A DNA stretch of 64,000 nucleotides, from positions 32,001 through 96,000 of the forward strand of contig JBDHWW010000001.1 of assembly GCA_039810425.1 (NCBI GenBank), written 5' to 3'. The stretch comes from Pseudobdellovibrionaceae bacterium (GTDB lineage: Bacteria > Bdellovibrionota > Bdellovibrionia > Bdellovibrionales > Bdellovibrionaceae). Each line of letters starts with the position of its first letter. The stretch's first letter is position 1. Under the pieces are notes generated by a model. It searched no databases. It was not told the origin of the DNA and saw only the letters and a program-made list of their open reading frames with translations. Of this stretch, positions 29,073-39,190 are shown piece after piece. Made by a program: the position numbers and the translations under genes.

Positions 29073-30281
29073 TTATTCTACATCGAGATACGCTTGCAGA
29101 TACTTATTCGGCAGACGGGCTTTGAGTTCCGCATTTTCGGCCTGATCGCGAGCGATGTCGTGGCGGAAGCGGATAAAGATGTTTGGGAGTCCATCCAACA
29201 TCTTTGCAAAGTCAGATTTAAAGAAGATGAACTTCTCCGACATGGGTGCGCTTGAGAAAATCAACCAGGCCACATCGCTTTGCTTTTTCACATGCTGGTG
29301 TTCCGGCGAAAGTTTACTAATTAAAGGCATGTCTCTTTGAAAAGGTACAAATTGTGTCGCTTGATAAACGCCCTCAGGCAAATCCCCATAAAATGCCGCG
29401 ACAAGAATATCTTTAAAAGATTCCGTTACCGCCTGGCGAGGCAGCGCAAGAGTTGGATCCGAATCTGTCGCGCGGAGATTAAGATGTCCATCACCGCGGG
29501 TCAGCCAAACATCGCCGCGGGAGTTTTGCACGCGAAGGCCTTCTTCTTTACGGGTGCGGAGGTTTAAGCTCTCTGTATTATGTAAAAACATCGAAAGTAA
29601 ATCACCGCGAGAAGACCGAAGAGTCCCCGGCAACTCTTCTTTTGCCCACTCTTTGAGTTGAATACGTGGAACGCGAATATGGCCGGAAGCAAATGCGTCC
29701 GTCAGATAGTGATCGGCATAAGCGTTAAAGATCAGAGCTTTATTCAAATAAGCACGGCTTTGCTGAGAATCTGAAGATTTCAAATCATATGAGCTTTTTG
29801 CAAATTGCAGAGCCTTACCGTGATATTCAACGTAGGCAATCATATTATTCCAACCGAAGTGATTGTAATTTTGCGATACGACTTCGAGATAGCCGGGAAT
29901 GCCAAAAACACCGGTTGAATCGCAGCTCGGGTATTCGATGTCTTCAGTGCGTTGCCTTGGCTGGACATTTTTTTGTTTGTAAGCGCACTTTAAAATTTTA
30001 GCGATGGCCGACTTTTTATCTTGGGCAAATTCTATGGGACTATTGTAATAGTCTGCCGAAGTGACGATTTCGCCGTATTGAAAAGTGTACTTACGATCAT
30101 CTCGATAGATGCGTTGATTCGGGCATTTCTCTTGTGAAATGCCCAGCGCCTTGCAGGCTATGGTCGAGCCGTCAATACCAAGTTCAAGATGCTCACCCTC
30201 TGACCATTTGACGTCCACTTGCTGTGCCGACGATAGCGAACCGATGAAGAATACTAAGAATAAAAAGCCAAACTGAATCAT
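29073..30281 (-). CDS. Secreted zinc phospholipase C-like protein (Legionella PlcA/B, Pseudomonas PC-PLC type)
   Basis: Signal peptide; GEH..LG, YGEI, N.NHF, AYADHYLTDAFASGHIRVP, GL.V.N.RGD.W...GD. Confidence 0.72.
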   Translation of the reverse strand: MIQFGFLFLVFFIGSLSSAQQVDVKWSEGEHLELGIDGSTIACKALGISQEKCPNQRIYRDDRKYTFQYGEIVTSADYYNSPIEFAQDKKSAIAKILKCAYKQKNVQPRQRTEDIEYPSCDSTGVFGIPGYLEVVSQNYNHFGWNNMIAYVEYHGKALQFAKSSYDLKSSDSQQSRAYLNKALIFNAYADHYLTDAFASGHIRVPRIQLKEWAKEELPGTLRSSRGDLLSMFLHNTESLNLRTRKEEGLRVQNSRGDVWLTRGDGHLNLRATDSDPTLALPRQAVTESFKDILVAAFYGDLPEGVYQATQFVPFQRDMPLISKLSPEHQHVKKQSDVAWLIFSSAPMSEKFIFFKSDFAKMLDGLPNIFIRFRHDIARDQAENAELKARLPNKYLQAYLDVE

Positions 30282-30348
30282 GCCCCGTTCAGATCGGGAA
30301 TTTTAGAGGCGGACTTAACGGAGATTGTTTATTTGTCGAGTTTCTAGA

Positions 30349-30930
30349 TTAAGGCCGTGAGACCCAAAAGCTATCTTTAAGGTAAAAACGGAGCGGCCAA
30401 GCCGCTGCCGCACCCGCATAGTCCACGCCGATTCGTGGAGCGCTCACGATTTGCTTGGTTTTTACCTTGAAACCATCATCTTCAACCCAAAGTCCTGAGC
30501 GCCTTTTCCAAAGCTTCAGGCCGTCTTGCTTTTTAGTGATACCAAAATGCTTGCAGAGCTTACCTGGACCATTGGTAAGTAGATTCTTCCTCAGGGGCCT
30601 TTCGCCCGGGAGATAAACGGGTTCTAATGCGCGAATCAACACCGCCTCGGGAGCACTTTTACGAGTTACAAAATTCAAGCAGTAGTACATTCCGTAGATG
30701 AGATACACGTAGGAGTGACCGCCATCAAGATACATGGTTTGAGTGCGCTCGGTACGCCGGTTGCCAAATGTATGAGCGGCCGGGTCTTTGATTCCAGTAT
30801 AGGCTTCTGTTTCAACAATGCGACCCGAAAAAAGTTTTTTATCTTCATTTTTAAAATAGAGAATTTTGCCTAAGAGCTTCTTAGCCACATCCTCAGTTTT
30901 CTGAAAATAAAAATCCTGTTCAAGAATCAT
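30349..30930 (-). CDS. DNA-3-methyladenine glycosylase (MPG/AAG family)
   Basis: GRIVETEAY, YVYLIYGMY.CLN, AVLIRALEP, NGPGKLC, PRIGV. Confidence 0.95.
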   Translation of the reverse strand: MILEQDFYFQKTEDVAKKLLGKILYFKNEDKKLFSGRIVETEAYTGIKDPAAHTFGNRRTERTQTMYLDGGHSYVYLIYGMYYCLNFVTRKSAPEAVLIRALEPVYLPGERPLRKNLLTNGPGKLCKHFGITKKQDGLKLWKRRSGLWVEDDGFKVKTKQIVSAPRIGVDYAGAAAAWPLRFYLKDSFWVSRP

Positions 30931-31020
30931 GTGGATAACTTAGCGGAATGTGGGGATAGAGTCACCCCCGGATTGGCAAGGCCGCACCAGGGGATCGAAT
31001 ATAGACCGAAAAGCAAGGGT

Positions 31021-32460
31021 CTAAAAATTAATAGATGAAATAACTGGGGTCAGGTTCACGCGCTGAACTCGTGGCAAGTTGTACTTTCCCTGAATGACGT
31101 CGTTAGTTGGATTGTACATGCTCATCATAATATAGAAGTTTCCCCGAGGAACTGGCAGCCAATTTTGGGTGAACCCGCGAGGCTCATTCGCAGAAACATA
31201 AATATCCAAAGAGCCATCAGGATTATAGTTGAGTCCTTTAGAGTAACTGCCAACCGCATATCGGTGCAGGTTATTGGCAATCAGATTTTTCTGCGCGACA
31301 TTATACGGCGTCACCGACCACATAGCCCCGACCGGTGGCAAGTTGCCTTTGGAAAAACGGAGAATATAAGTCGAATTTCCATTTAAGCGGGCGTTATAGT
31401 TATCGACATAAGAAACCGGATGCAAGGATTCGAGAGGGGTGGACTGGCCAAAATAAACTTTGCTCATCGCCGCCCGTAGGGTGGGGTTGGCTTGTGTTTC
31501 CGGGGTTGTGATAACGTAGTTCCACCCCGCGCGATTGGTGACGAGCTTTGTCTTAACCGCATGGTCGATATCAAGCTCCGCCGAAGCAATAGCTCGAATG
31601 TAAGAATCACGAGTTTCGCGATTGGTTGCGAAGTTTGTTGTTTTTATTCCGGCTCCGATATTTGCGGAGCGGAATCTTTCCATCAGAGGTGTGTCCAGAG
31701 TGACCGGCTCGTTTTCTCGGAGAGCCGTGCCGAGCTCATCAAAAAATCCAACGCCCGCGTCAGCAAGCGCCCGAGGGTCTGCCACCGCCGTGTTTTTTGC
31801 ATTCAGTACGGGGGGTTTTTCTACGCGCTGTTTACCAAGATAGACATTGTAAGGCTTTAAGTCATAATTACTGATCAAACGCCGAGAACTGCGGACCGCT
31901 GATGTTGTTTCAGCTTGAATACGCCCATTAATCCAAGCGAAGTTTGTCGGAACGCGGATGTGCTCAAATCCGATGGGAGTTGCGCCAATGTATCTAGGAC
32001 CGGTAATAAAAAATTTTCCAGCAGCTTCACCACGCGTTCTTGAAGAGATGGTTGAGATATTATTATTGAAAGCGTCGAAAACCTGCAGACTGTAATAACG
32101 ATCTTTAATTCTGGGAGTCTGCAGAACCAGGGGTTGCTCACGCAGATCTAAGAATGCCGATGAGTAGAGACTGTCGGGAATTGGATTGGCCACCGAGCGG
32201 TCCCCGGGGCTCGGCAACCGGCTGGCGTGAAAGAAATAATTGATGGGCGCATGACCGTAGCCTGGAGTGGTTGTCATCAATTTCTTGGTGCGCTCGAACC
32301 GCACGAGGGGATAGCCCCACAGATAGGCATCTTTGGCGATGTTCTCGGTGATGACCGCTTTCTTCACACTAGCAATGGGCAAAGACCGCGAATCTTTCTG
32401 AGCGAATGACAAGCACGGAAGAACACAAACAAAAGCCGAAAGCAGTATCATTTGTTTCAT
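31021..32460 (-). CDS. DUF1254/DUF1214 domain exported protein
   Basis: AYLWGYPLV, P.PDSLYS.AFLDL...P, RYYSLQ.FD, LPPVGAMWSVT.Y, DGSLDIY, NWLP.P.G. Confidence 0.9.
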   Translation of the reverse strand: MKQMILLSAFVCVLPCLSFAQKDSRSLPIASVKKAVITENIAKDAYLWGYPLVRFERTKKLMTTTPGYGHAPINYFFHASRLPSPGDRSVANPIPDSLYSSAFLDLREQPLVLQTPRIKDRYYSLQVFDAFNNNISTISSRTRGEAAGKFFITGPRYIGATPIGFEHIRVPTNFAWINGRIQAETTSAVRSSRRLISNYDLKPYNVYLGKQRVEKPPVLNAKNTAVADPRALADAGVGFFDELGTALRENEPVTLDTPLMERFRSANIGAGIKTTNFATNRETRDSYIRAIASAELDIDHAVKTKLVTNRAGWNYVITTPETQANPTLRAAMSKVYFGQSTPLESLHPVSYVDNYNARLNGNSTYILRFSKGNLPPVGAMWSVTPYNVAQKNLIANNLHRYAVGSYSKGLNYNPDGSLDIYVSANEPRGFTQNWLPVPRGNFYIMMSMYNPTNDVIQGKYNLPRVQRVNLTPVISSINF

Positions 32461-32570
32461 GCAAGCCTCCAAGCACCTTTAGAGGATCTCTTCAGGAGTT
32501 TTGCCAGGAATGCTAGCATGTGGAGGACTTCAATACTTGGTTAAACTCTGGAAGAATTCACGAAACCTAT

Positions 32571-33353
32571 TTAGCCGCAGGAGTTCATACTCTTAGAATG
32601 ACAGCGTAGAGCCTCTTGGAACGCAGGCTGCGAAAGAAAAATCTGCTCGATGCGGTTTTGAAAATTGGGATGAGTCTGTGCCCAATCAGGCTTCTTATGT
32701 TGTTGACTGCACGCGAGACTCAAGAACAGCAGTTGTGATTCAAAAGCCTGTTTGCCGGCAGCTCTTGGATCGCGCTCAAGCGCGATTTTGTCTGAAAGCA
32801 CCTTGGATGCAACCCAATCCGCAAAGATTTCATCCACTTGTTTTTTAGGAAAATCCTTAAAACACGGAATATGACTTTGCAGCTTCTGAATCACATGACC
32901 CAACTCGTGTGCAAGTATTTGCTTAAGCGTTCCCTGCGGATAGCTCAGTAAGTTTGGGCAGACGTAGACCTTGTGCATGCCAGGGATATAGATGGCATTG
33001 GGACGGCTGCAAGCACCGGGAAGGACTTTTCTAATTTTTGGATCTTCGAAATTGCCCAAGGTGACAGTGGAAATGGCTTTCACCAAAGAATCAAATGTCC
33101 TCTGCGGGAGCGAGGACTTTTTTTGCGCAAGCAATTCGAGAATGGCCACTTGATTCTCAGCAAAGAGATTTTCCACGCCTTCAAAGGACCGGTCGCTGTT
33201 CGTGTTTTCCGGAATGTCGAAATTCAGCACCGAGTTGGTACTTTTCATTTGGTCACATAGCAAGCGCATTGAGCACGCTGGGCGTGACGTATCCGCGAAA
33301 AGCGTTGTGCTGAAAAAAAGAACTGACAACAGACTTGCGACAAATAACTTCAT
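32571..33353 (-). CDS. Secreted M48/M13-like zinc metallopeptidase
   Basis: Signal peptide; NA.Y, LAHELGH, E..AD, THP....RI. Confidence 0.75.
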   Translation of the reverse strand: MKLFVASLLSVLFFSTTLFADTSRPACSMRLLCDQMKSTNSVLNFDIPENTNSDRSFEGVENLFAENQVAILELLAQKKSSLPQRTFDSLVKAISTVTLGNFEDPKIRKVLPGACSRPNAIYIPGMHKVYVCPNLLSYPQGTLKQILAHELGHVIQKLQSHIPCFKDFPKKQVDEIFADWVASKVLSDKIALERDPRAAGKQAFESQLLFLSLACSQQHKKPDWAQTHPNFQNRIEQIFLSQPAFQEALRCHSKSMNSCG

Positions 33354-33412
33354 TATTAAATGATAGAGGTCATTTAATTTCGAGATACAGTGATTTCTGC
33401 AAGGTCATGGGT

Positions 33413-34108
33413 CTAGTTTTTGCAAATAAAACTGATTTGACGGCCGGACTTTTCTTTATCGCGACGATAAGAGTGAAAACGGGGATCAATAAACGTATCG
33501 ATGTGGAGATTGTAGAGGTTATCAAATGCCACTCCACAGTTTTGCAATTGCGTGCGCAATACTTGATTGAGGTCGACCAGAGCCTTTTCTGCGTTGATGT
33601 TTTTGTGATAAATGCTGTCCTTGTGAACAGCGCCAAAATCAATGCTGGAGAGGATTTCATCACGCACATTGTAATCTACTTCAAAACTGTTCATTTGAAT
33701 GTGGGGCCCTACGATGACGTGGATATTTTCAGGAAGGCATCCTGCGGTGTGCAACCGCTCAAAAGTTTTCGGTATGATTTGATTTGCAACTCCACGCCAG
33801 CCCGCGTGAATTCCGGCGACGATTTCTGTTTTAGAATCGTAAATAAAAACTGGAATGCAATCGGCCGTCGATATGCACATTGCGGTTTTTGGAATCTCGG
33901 TGAAGTGGGCATCGGCTTCGACTTTATAGTCAAGCGCCATATCTTTTGAGTGAACGACGGTATCACCGTGAGTTTGCTTAATGCGCAGAAACTGGAAGTT
34001 GGGAAATGACGCTTGTAGATTCACGACTTGGGCTTTTAAACCACCGAGTAAAACCGTGATCTTCGAAGTTTCAATCAAATATCCGAGGTTTGTTTCGCTG
34101 ACTTTCAT
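33413..34108 (-). CDS. pgeF: PgeF/YfiH purine nucleoside phosphorylase (laccase-like)
   Basis: QTHG, TADC.P, HAGWRG, GPHI...FEV, SYRR....GRQ; ATGA overlap with rluD. Confidence 0.93.
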   Translation of the reverse strand: MKVSETNLGYLIETSKITVLLGGLKAQVVNLQASFPNFQFLRIKQTHGDTVVHSKDMALDYKVEADAHFTEIPKTAMCISTADCIPVFIYDSKTEIVAGIHAGWRGVANQIIPKTFERLHTAGCLPENIHVIVGPHIQMNSFEVDYNVRDEILSSIDFGAVHKDSIYHKNINAEKALVDLNQVLRTQLQNCGVAFDNLYNLHIDTFIDPRFHSYRRDKEKSGRQISFICKN

Positions 34109-35094
34109 TCCAGCCCCCATTCTTGAATCAATGTTTTAATATCCGGGGGCCAGTCTTTCGCAAAGAAAAGTTCTTTACCAGACGTGGGGTGAGTAAATCC
34201 CAGTTCCGCCGCATGAAGGAGAAAGCGGTTGAGATGCTTTAAATCCGTTTGTGTCTTCTTCGAAGTGATGTTTTTAGCTTTCCTATCCGCACCATACATA
34301 TTGTCGCCGGCAATAGGTGTGCCTTTTTCTGAAAGGTGCACGCGGATTTGGTGAGTGCGGCCCGTTTCTAGCTTCAATTTACAGTAACTGAGGCCGCCGT
34401 GTGTTTTCATCACTTCGTAGTGAGTCACGGCCCATTTTCCAACAGGCGGTTCCGGCGACTTCGCCGTCTGGATTTTTCGGTCTTCGCCAAGTACGGAGGC
34501 ATAGCGTTTGCGGTCTACCGGATGGCGAGCCAGATATGAATGACTAGTGCCCATAGGAGGTTTGGGCACGCCAATGCAAACGGCATAGTAAATACGGTGA
34601 ATACTTCGGGCTTTGAACTGCTTTGTCAGCATTTCGTGAGCCTTGTCGTTCTTTGCAATGACAAGCACACCGCTGGTTTCTTTGTCCAAGCGGTGGACTA
34701 CCCCAGGACGTTGCTCGCCGAATTTCATCGAGAGATCTTTCGCATGATGAATGAGTGCATTGACTAAAGTGTCTTGCGCATGACCGGCCGCTGGATGGAC
34801 TACTAGCCCGGAAGGTTTATTGAGCACAATCAAATGCTCATCTTCAAAAAGGATGTCCAGTGGGATGTCGTATGCCACAAGATCCACTGGCGCAGGCTCT
34901 GGCAGTTGAATTGAGATTTCATCACCGGCTTTTAAAGAGAGGGATGATTTAGCCGGGCGACCATTCACGGTGACGCGACCTTCATCAATGAGATGTGAGG
35001 CGCGCGACCGAGTTTCGACCTCTGGCCGCAAGGCCAAGGCTTTGTCGAGCCTGAGTCCCAGCATTTCTTCATTACAGGTAAATGATAGAATCAT
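34105..35094 (-). CDS. rluD: 23S rRNA pseudouridine synthase RluD (RluA family)
   Basis: S4 domain, NKPSGLVVHP, HRLDKETSG, LETGRTHQIRVH; upstream of pgeF. Confidence 0.93.
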   Translation of the reverse strand: MILSFTCNEEMLGLRLDKALALRPEVETRSRASHLIDEGRVTVNGRPAKSSLSLKAGDEISIQLPEPAPVDLVAYDIPLDILFEDEHLIVLNKPSGLVVHPAAGHAQDTLVNALIHHAKDLSMKFGEQRPGVVHRLDKETSGVLVIAKNDKAHEMLTKQFKARSIHRIYYAVCIGVPKPPMGTSHSYLARHPVDRKRYASVLGEDRKIQTAKSPEPPVGKWAVTHYEVMKTHGGLSYCKLKLETGRTHQIRVHLSEKGTPIAGDNMYGADRKAKNITSKKTQTDLKHLNRFLLHAAELGFTHPTSGKELFFAKDWPPDIKTLIQEWGLE

Positions 35095-35720
35095 TTTATC
35101 GAAGTGCTTGCCTTCAACACTTTCATGTAAGAGTCGGCGACCCTTTTATCGTCAAGGCCGAGCATTTTTGACATCTGAACGACATATCCACGGATGAAAA
35201 CAGGAGCCGGCAAGCTTCGCGGGTCCATTTTCTCAATTGCAGTGATGTAGTACGAATTGATCTTGGTCTTTTCACTCATTTTTTGAACAGTAATCTTTTT
35301 GTACTCACGCACGCGGGTTAGAAAGTCGCCACCCCACTCTTCGCGGTCTGCGATTTCTTTTTCGAAAGCTTCGTCTTTTTTGTACTCTGCTTTTCGCTCT
35401 TCTTGTTTTGGTTCAGAGAACATCTGTTTGCTGGCATTTACGATCGCATCATATGACAGGTCTTCCAAATGGAAACGACCACTCAGCAAACGTTGATCAT
35501 AAACACTGCGAAGATTTTTATTACCAAGAACCGAGTAGGCCTCTTCGATCAAAACCAGTAATTCGCGGGCCTCTTGCTCTGAGAAAATAGTATAGATTGC
35601 TGGATTATCGCCAGAGTAAGTGGCCTTGGCTCTTTCGTAGGCCTTAGTCACTTCGTGTTGGGCTGAATTCGCATTCAACTCCAAGATATCATAATAATTG
35701 TTTCTCGATCCTACATTCAC
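35091..35720 (-). CDS. J-like domain plus XRE/RodZ-type HTH protein
   Basis: NYYDILEL...EV.KAY...EAYSVL....R..YD (no HPD) and G.FL..VRE...TKI...AIE...P.VFIRGYV. Confidence 0.8.
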   Translation of the reverse strand: MNVGSRNNYYDILELNANSAQHEVTKAYERAKATYSGDNPAIYTIFSEQEARELLVLIEEAYSVLGNKNLRSVYDQRLLSGRFHLEDLSYDAIVNASKQMFSEPKQEERKAEYKKDEAFEKEIADREEWGGDFLTRVREYKKITVQKMSEKTKINSYYITAIEKMDPRSLPAPVFIRGYVVQMSKMLGLDDKRVADSYMKVLKASTSIK

Positions 35721-35728
35721 CGTAACTA

Positions 35729-36700
35729 CTATATTACGGCGCGAAGCTCCTTAGGATCAATAAGATGTTTGCATGTTGCTAAAAATTGACCCGCAAGCGG
35801 AGTGAATGGCTGAGCCATCAAAACAGGTTCACGATTGCGAATCGACTGCCACACCGCATTGTCATAATCAATGGCGCCGAGGAAATCGACTTTAAAATCG
35901 TAGTATTTGTAGCAAACACTCTTCATTGAGTAGCCAAGTTCTGAATTAGCTTGGCTACGGCATGAATTCACGATGAGTCTCAACGGCTTCGACATAAGGC
36001 TTTCAAAGTGGTCCGGCTGAATGCCAGAGTTTTGTTTTAGGTAAGTTCTAAAAGAGAAATGCTTTTCACCTAGACCATGACGATTCTCGCGCAGAGTTTT
36101 GATCATCTGGTCGTAAGCTTCAGGAATACTGTGCTCCCGCAGAGAATAACAAACAAAGGATTCGATAAAGCGATACGTTTTTTCGATGCTCGTAGGTTCA
36201 GGTGAGGACACGAGGATCTTTTCATCAGCAAGTTTCAGCATTTCAAGATGGCTCGCCAGGGCTCCGGCGCCAAAATCAACAAGAACGATATCCGCTTTAA
36301 GTTTTCTGATTTCGGGAGCCAAGTGCTGAATTTGTTCCACTGAGATATCGGTCGGAGTCCAGGCGTCCCAAAAGCCCTGAATGTAAGAAACTCGGGGAAT
36401 CGAAGTGGGAATCACAAGGTCTTGCAAAGTTTTAGATCCTTCGAAAAAGTGACGGATGCTGTCTGAAGAAGGTGCAAGTCCAAATGTTGTATGAACATTG
36501 GCACCGCTTAAATCAAGATCCACGATGACAACGGTATGGCCCATTTTGCTGAGGCAAATTGCCAAGCTGGAAGTGACGAAAGTTTTTCCTACGCCGCCTT
36601 TGCCTGATGCCACGGCCCAAATTTTTGCTGGGACACTATCTGAAGCGGAAGGCCTCAGCTTGATCACATCTTGCGATTCATTATCCACGTCACGTTCCAT
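35729..36700 (-). CDS. MinD/FlhG(FleN) family ATPase
   Basis: SGKGGVGKT, DLDLSGAN, VDFGAG, PEPTSI. Confidence 0.88.
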   Translation of the reverse strand: MERDVDNESQDVIKLRPSASDSVPAKIWAVASGKGGVGKTFVTSSLAICLSKMGHTVVIVDLDLSGANVHTTFGLAPSSDSIRHFFEGSKTLQDLVIPTSIPRVSYIQGFWDAWTPTDISVEQIQHLAPEIRKLKADIVLVDFGAGALASHLEMLKLADEKILVSSPEPTSIEKTYRFIESFVCYSLREHSIPEAYDQMIKTLRENRHGLGEKHFSFRTYLKQNSGIQPDHFESLMSKPLRLIVNSCRSQANSELGYSMKSVCYKYYDFKVDFLGAIDYDNAVWQSIRNREPVLMAQPFTPLAGQFLATCKHLIDPKELRAVI

Positions 36701-36716
36701 GGGACCTACTCCAAAT

Positions 36717-37421
36717 TTACTTGAGCGGGGAAATCACGATCCCCTTTCTTTGCTCTTCGGCTTCGGATGCGCGGATATAAAGGGGCACAAATGAATTCCA
36801 TTCAATAGTCTTGTTAAGTTTTGCGCGCTTCTCAGCAAGCAAACCCAAGGTTTCTGAAAGAGGTTGATCGCTGAATTGTACATCCCTGTGAAGTTTTTGT
36901 TTTAAATCTTCAGGCAAGTACTCTTGATAGGTTTCATAACCATCGCCGACTACAAGAACATCTTGTGTGATAAGGTCTTTTAGTTTTTGTACGGGAACCG
37001 CGCCCGGGCCCACAATGTAAGTAGGCTCTGGACTTTTGTTTAGGTCGAAGAGTCCCAGGTACACCATGTTCTTGTAAGCATTGATGATTGATAGAACTGG
37101 TAGATGACTCTTGACGGCAGCCGCAAGCAAAACCAATGAGTCGATGGTGACGAGCGGCCGGTTATAAATGTAAGAGAAGCTCTTGCCCGCATTCGCGGCC
37201 ACACGAATACCTGTGAAACTGCCGGGACCTTGGCCGACGGCAAAGATGTCGACCTCTTCCAGCTTAATGTGAGCCTTATCAAGGCAGTTCTGTACGAAAC
37301 GGTTGAGAACCTCGCTATGGGACTTCTGACGGAGGGAGGATTCCATTGCTAGAACCTGTCCGTCTTTTATCACCGCAACCCCACCGAGTTGGGTGCTGGT
37401 TTCCATAGCGAGAACGATCAT
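36717..37421 (-). CDS. tsaB: tRNA threonylcarbamoyladenosine biosynthesis protein
   Basis: LAMETS, HSE.L, GPGSFTGIR, PLYIR.SEAE. Confidence 0.95.
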   Translation of the reverse strand: MIVLAMETSTQLGGVAVIKDGQVLAMESSLRQKSHSEVLNRFVQNCLDKAHIKLEEVDIFAVGQGPGSFTGIRVAANAGKSFSYIYNRPLVTIDSLVLLAAAVKSHLPVLSIINAYKNMVYLGLFDLNKSPEPTYIVGPGAVPVQKLKDLITQDVLVVGDGYETYQEYLPEDLKQKLHRDVQFSDQPLSETLGLLAEKRAKLNKTIEWNSFVPLYIRASEAEEQRKGIVISPLK

Positions 37422-37424
37422 GAA

Positions 37425-39092
37425 CTAGTTTCCAAACAAACGAGTAAAGTCATTAAACAGCGCAAAGACCATTAAACTCATCAACAGAACCAGGCCTACT
37501 TGTTGGGCGATTTCCATTTTCTTCATACTGATAGGAGCGCCCTTCAGGCCTTCAATGGTATAGAACAAAAGATGTCCCCCATCAAGAACTGGGATTGGCA
37601 ACAAATTCAAGATAAAGAGATTTACTGAAATCAAACCCATCATTCTCAAGAAGGGGCTGATACCGATTTTAAAGGTCTCACTTGCGGCTTGACCGATTGA
37701 GATTACGCCCCCGATGTTCTTAGGCGAAACTTTGCCTTCAAACAAGCGAACGAAACTCATAACTGTCATGACAGAAACGTCCCAAGTACGTTGAACGCCG
37801 ATTTTGGCCGCCTCAATGGGGTTGCTCGTGCTGATTTTCACGAGTTCTGGTATTGCAAAGTTGATGTAAGGAGCTACACCAATAGTATAGCGCTTATCTT
37901 CAACTCCACCTGGAGTCATTTGTGAAATCATTTGTGGAACGATCGTCATTTTCAAAAGCTCTGGACCCCGCATCACTTGGAGTTTCAAGCCTTCTTTGTT
38001 GCCGTCGTAGGCCGTTACAGAAGAAATCACGTTATCCCATTTTTCGATCTTGGTGTCGTTGATTTGCATGATACGGTCGCCCGGCAAAAGCCCCGCAGTT
38101 TTTGCAGGCGTTCCATCGAGGATTGTACCAAGATACAAGTCCGAACTTTCCAGTTTCAAAGTTTGGAAGTTGTATTTCGGAAGAGCGATCGGCGCCAAAG
38201 TAATACTCATCGTTTCTGTACTTTTATTGTCGGCGTTCGGCCCGCGCTCTACATCGATCTGCAAGGTCTGTTTTGGGTCCTGTTTTTCCAAAGTGGTTTC
38301 AAGATCTCGCCAGTAAGCAACCGCCTGACCGTTGATCGCGGTCACACGGTCACCGGTTTTAAGGCCCAAGGCCGCTAAAGGAGAATCCTTTTGCACGCCG
38401 ATCAAGGCCGCTTTTGACATAGGTGAAAGGCCTTCGATTTCGCCAACCGTAGGATCCGTACTGAGAACGTTGGGATTTGGCTTGCCTGAGATATCCACTT
38501 TTAACGAGGTCTTCTCAGCGCCGCGCTGGATATCCACCATGGCCTGAGTGTCGTGGATATCAGAAAGCTTACTTTCAAACTCTTCCCAGGTATTTACGTT
38601 CGTACCATTGACAGAAAGGATTTTATCTCCGGATCTGAAACCAGCGGCGTAAGCCTTGGAAGTTGTTTCCAAATCGCCCACTTTTGGTGCGCGATAGTCC
38701 TCACCGATAAACGCCACGACGAAGAAAATAAAAATCGCAAAAAAGAAGTTCATTAACGGGCCGGCGAGGACCACAGAAATTCTCTGCCATACGTTTTTAT
38801 GTGTGAAAGAATAGGGCTTATCCGTCTCGGCAATTTCAGCGCCGGGCTGGTCGCCGAACATCTTCACATAACCACCCAAGGGGATGATTGAAATGCAGTA
38901 CGTCGTATCTCCGCGCTTGTATTGGAAGATTTTCTTGCCAAATCCCAAACTGAAAACTTCGACGCGGACACCGCACAAACGAGCCACAATGAAGTGACCG
39001 AATTCGTGAATGAAAATCAAAATTCCAAGGAGGATTACGAAGGGAACTGCTGAATTAAGGACACCTTTAAGTAAGCCGATGATAATTTCCAT
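37425..39092 (-). CDS. rseP: RIP metalloprotease with multiple PDZ domains
   Basis: HEFGH, GGYVKM, AGPLMN, NLLPIPVLDGGH. Confidence 0.96.
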   Translation of the reverse strand: MEIIIGLLKGVLNSAVPFVILLGILIFIHEFGHFIVARLCGVRVEVFSLGFGKKIFQYKRGDTTYCISIIPLGGYVKMFGDQPGAEIAETDKPYSFTHKNVWQRISVVLAGPLMNFFFAIFIFFVVAFIGEDYRAPKVGDLETTSKAYAAGFRSGDKILSVNGTNVNTWEEFESKLSDIHDTQAMVDIQRGAEKTSLKVDISGKPNPNVLSTDPTVGEIEGLSPMSKAALIGVQKDSPLAALGLKTGDRVTAINGQAVAYWRDLETTLEKQDPKQTLQIDVERGPNADNKSTETMSITLAPIALPKYNFQTLKLESSDLYLGTILDGTPAKTAGLLPGDRIMQINDTKIEKWDNVISSVTAYDGNKEGLKLQVMRGPELLKMTIVPQMISQMTPGGVEDKRYTIGVAPYINFAIPELVKISTSNPIEAAKIGVQRTWDVSVMTVMSFVRLFEGKVSPKNIGGVISIGQAASETFKIGISPFLRMMGLISVNLFILNLLPIPVLDGGHLLFYTIEGLKGAPISMKKMEIAQQVGLVLLMSLMVFALFNDFTRLFGN

Positions 39093-39190
39093 ATATCCCC
39101 ATTTTACTAATAGAGGCGCTGTATCAGCTAGGAAATTTGTGGATTGGTGTGGTGAATTACGGGTACCTAGACGTTCTACCTGATGCTTTT

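Noticed and set aside
30930..30938. Perfect DnaA box TGTGGATAA (oriC?)
   Set aside because: Single box overlapping the mpg start, no box cluster, DUE or dnaA-region genes; could be chance.
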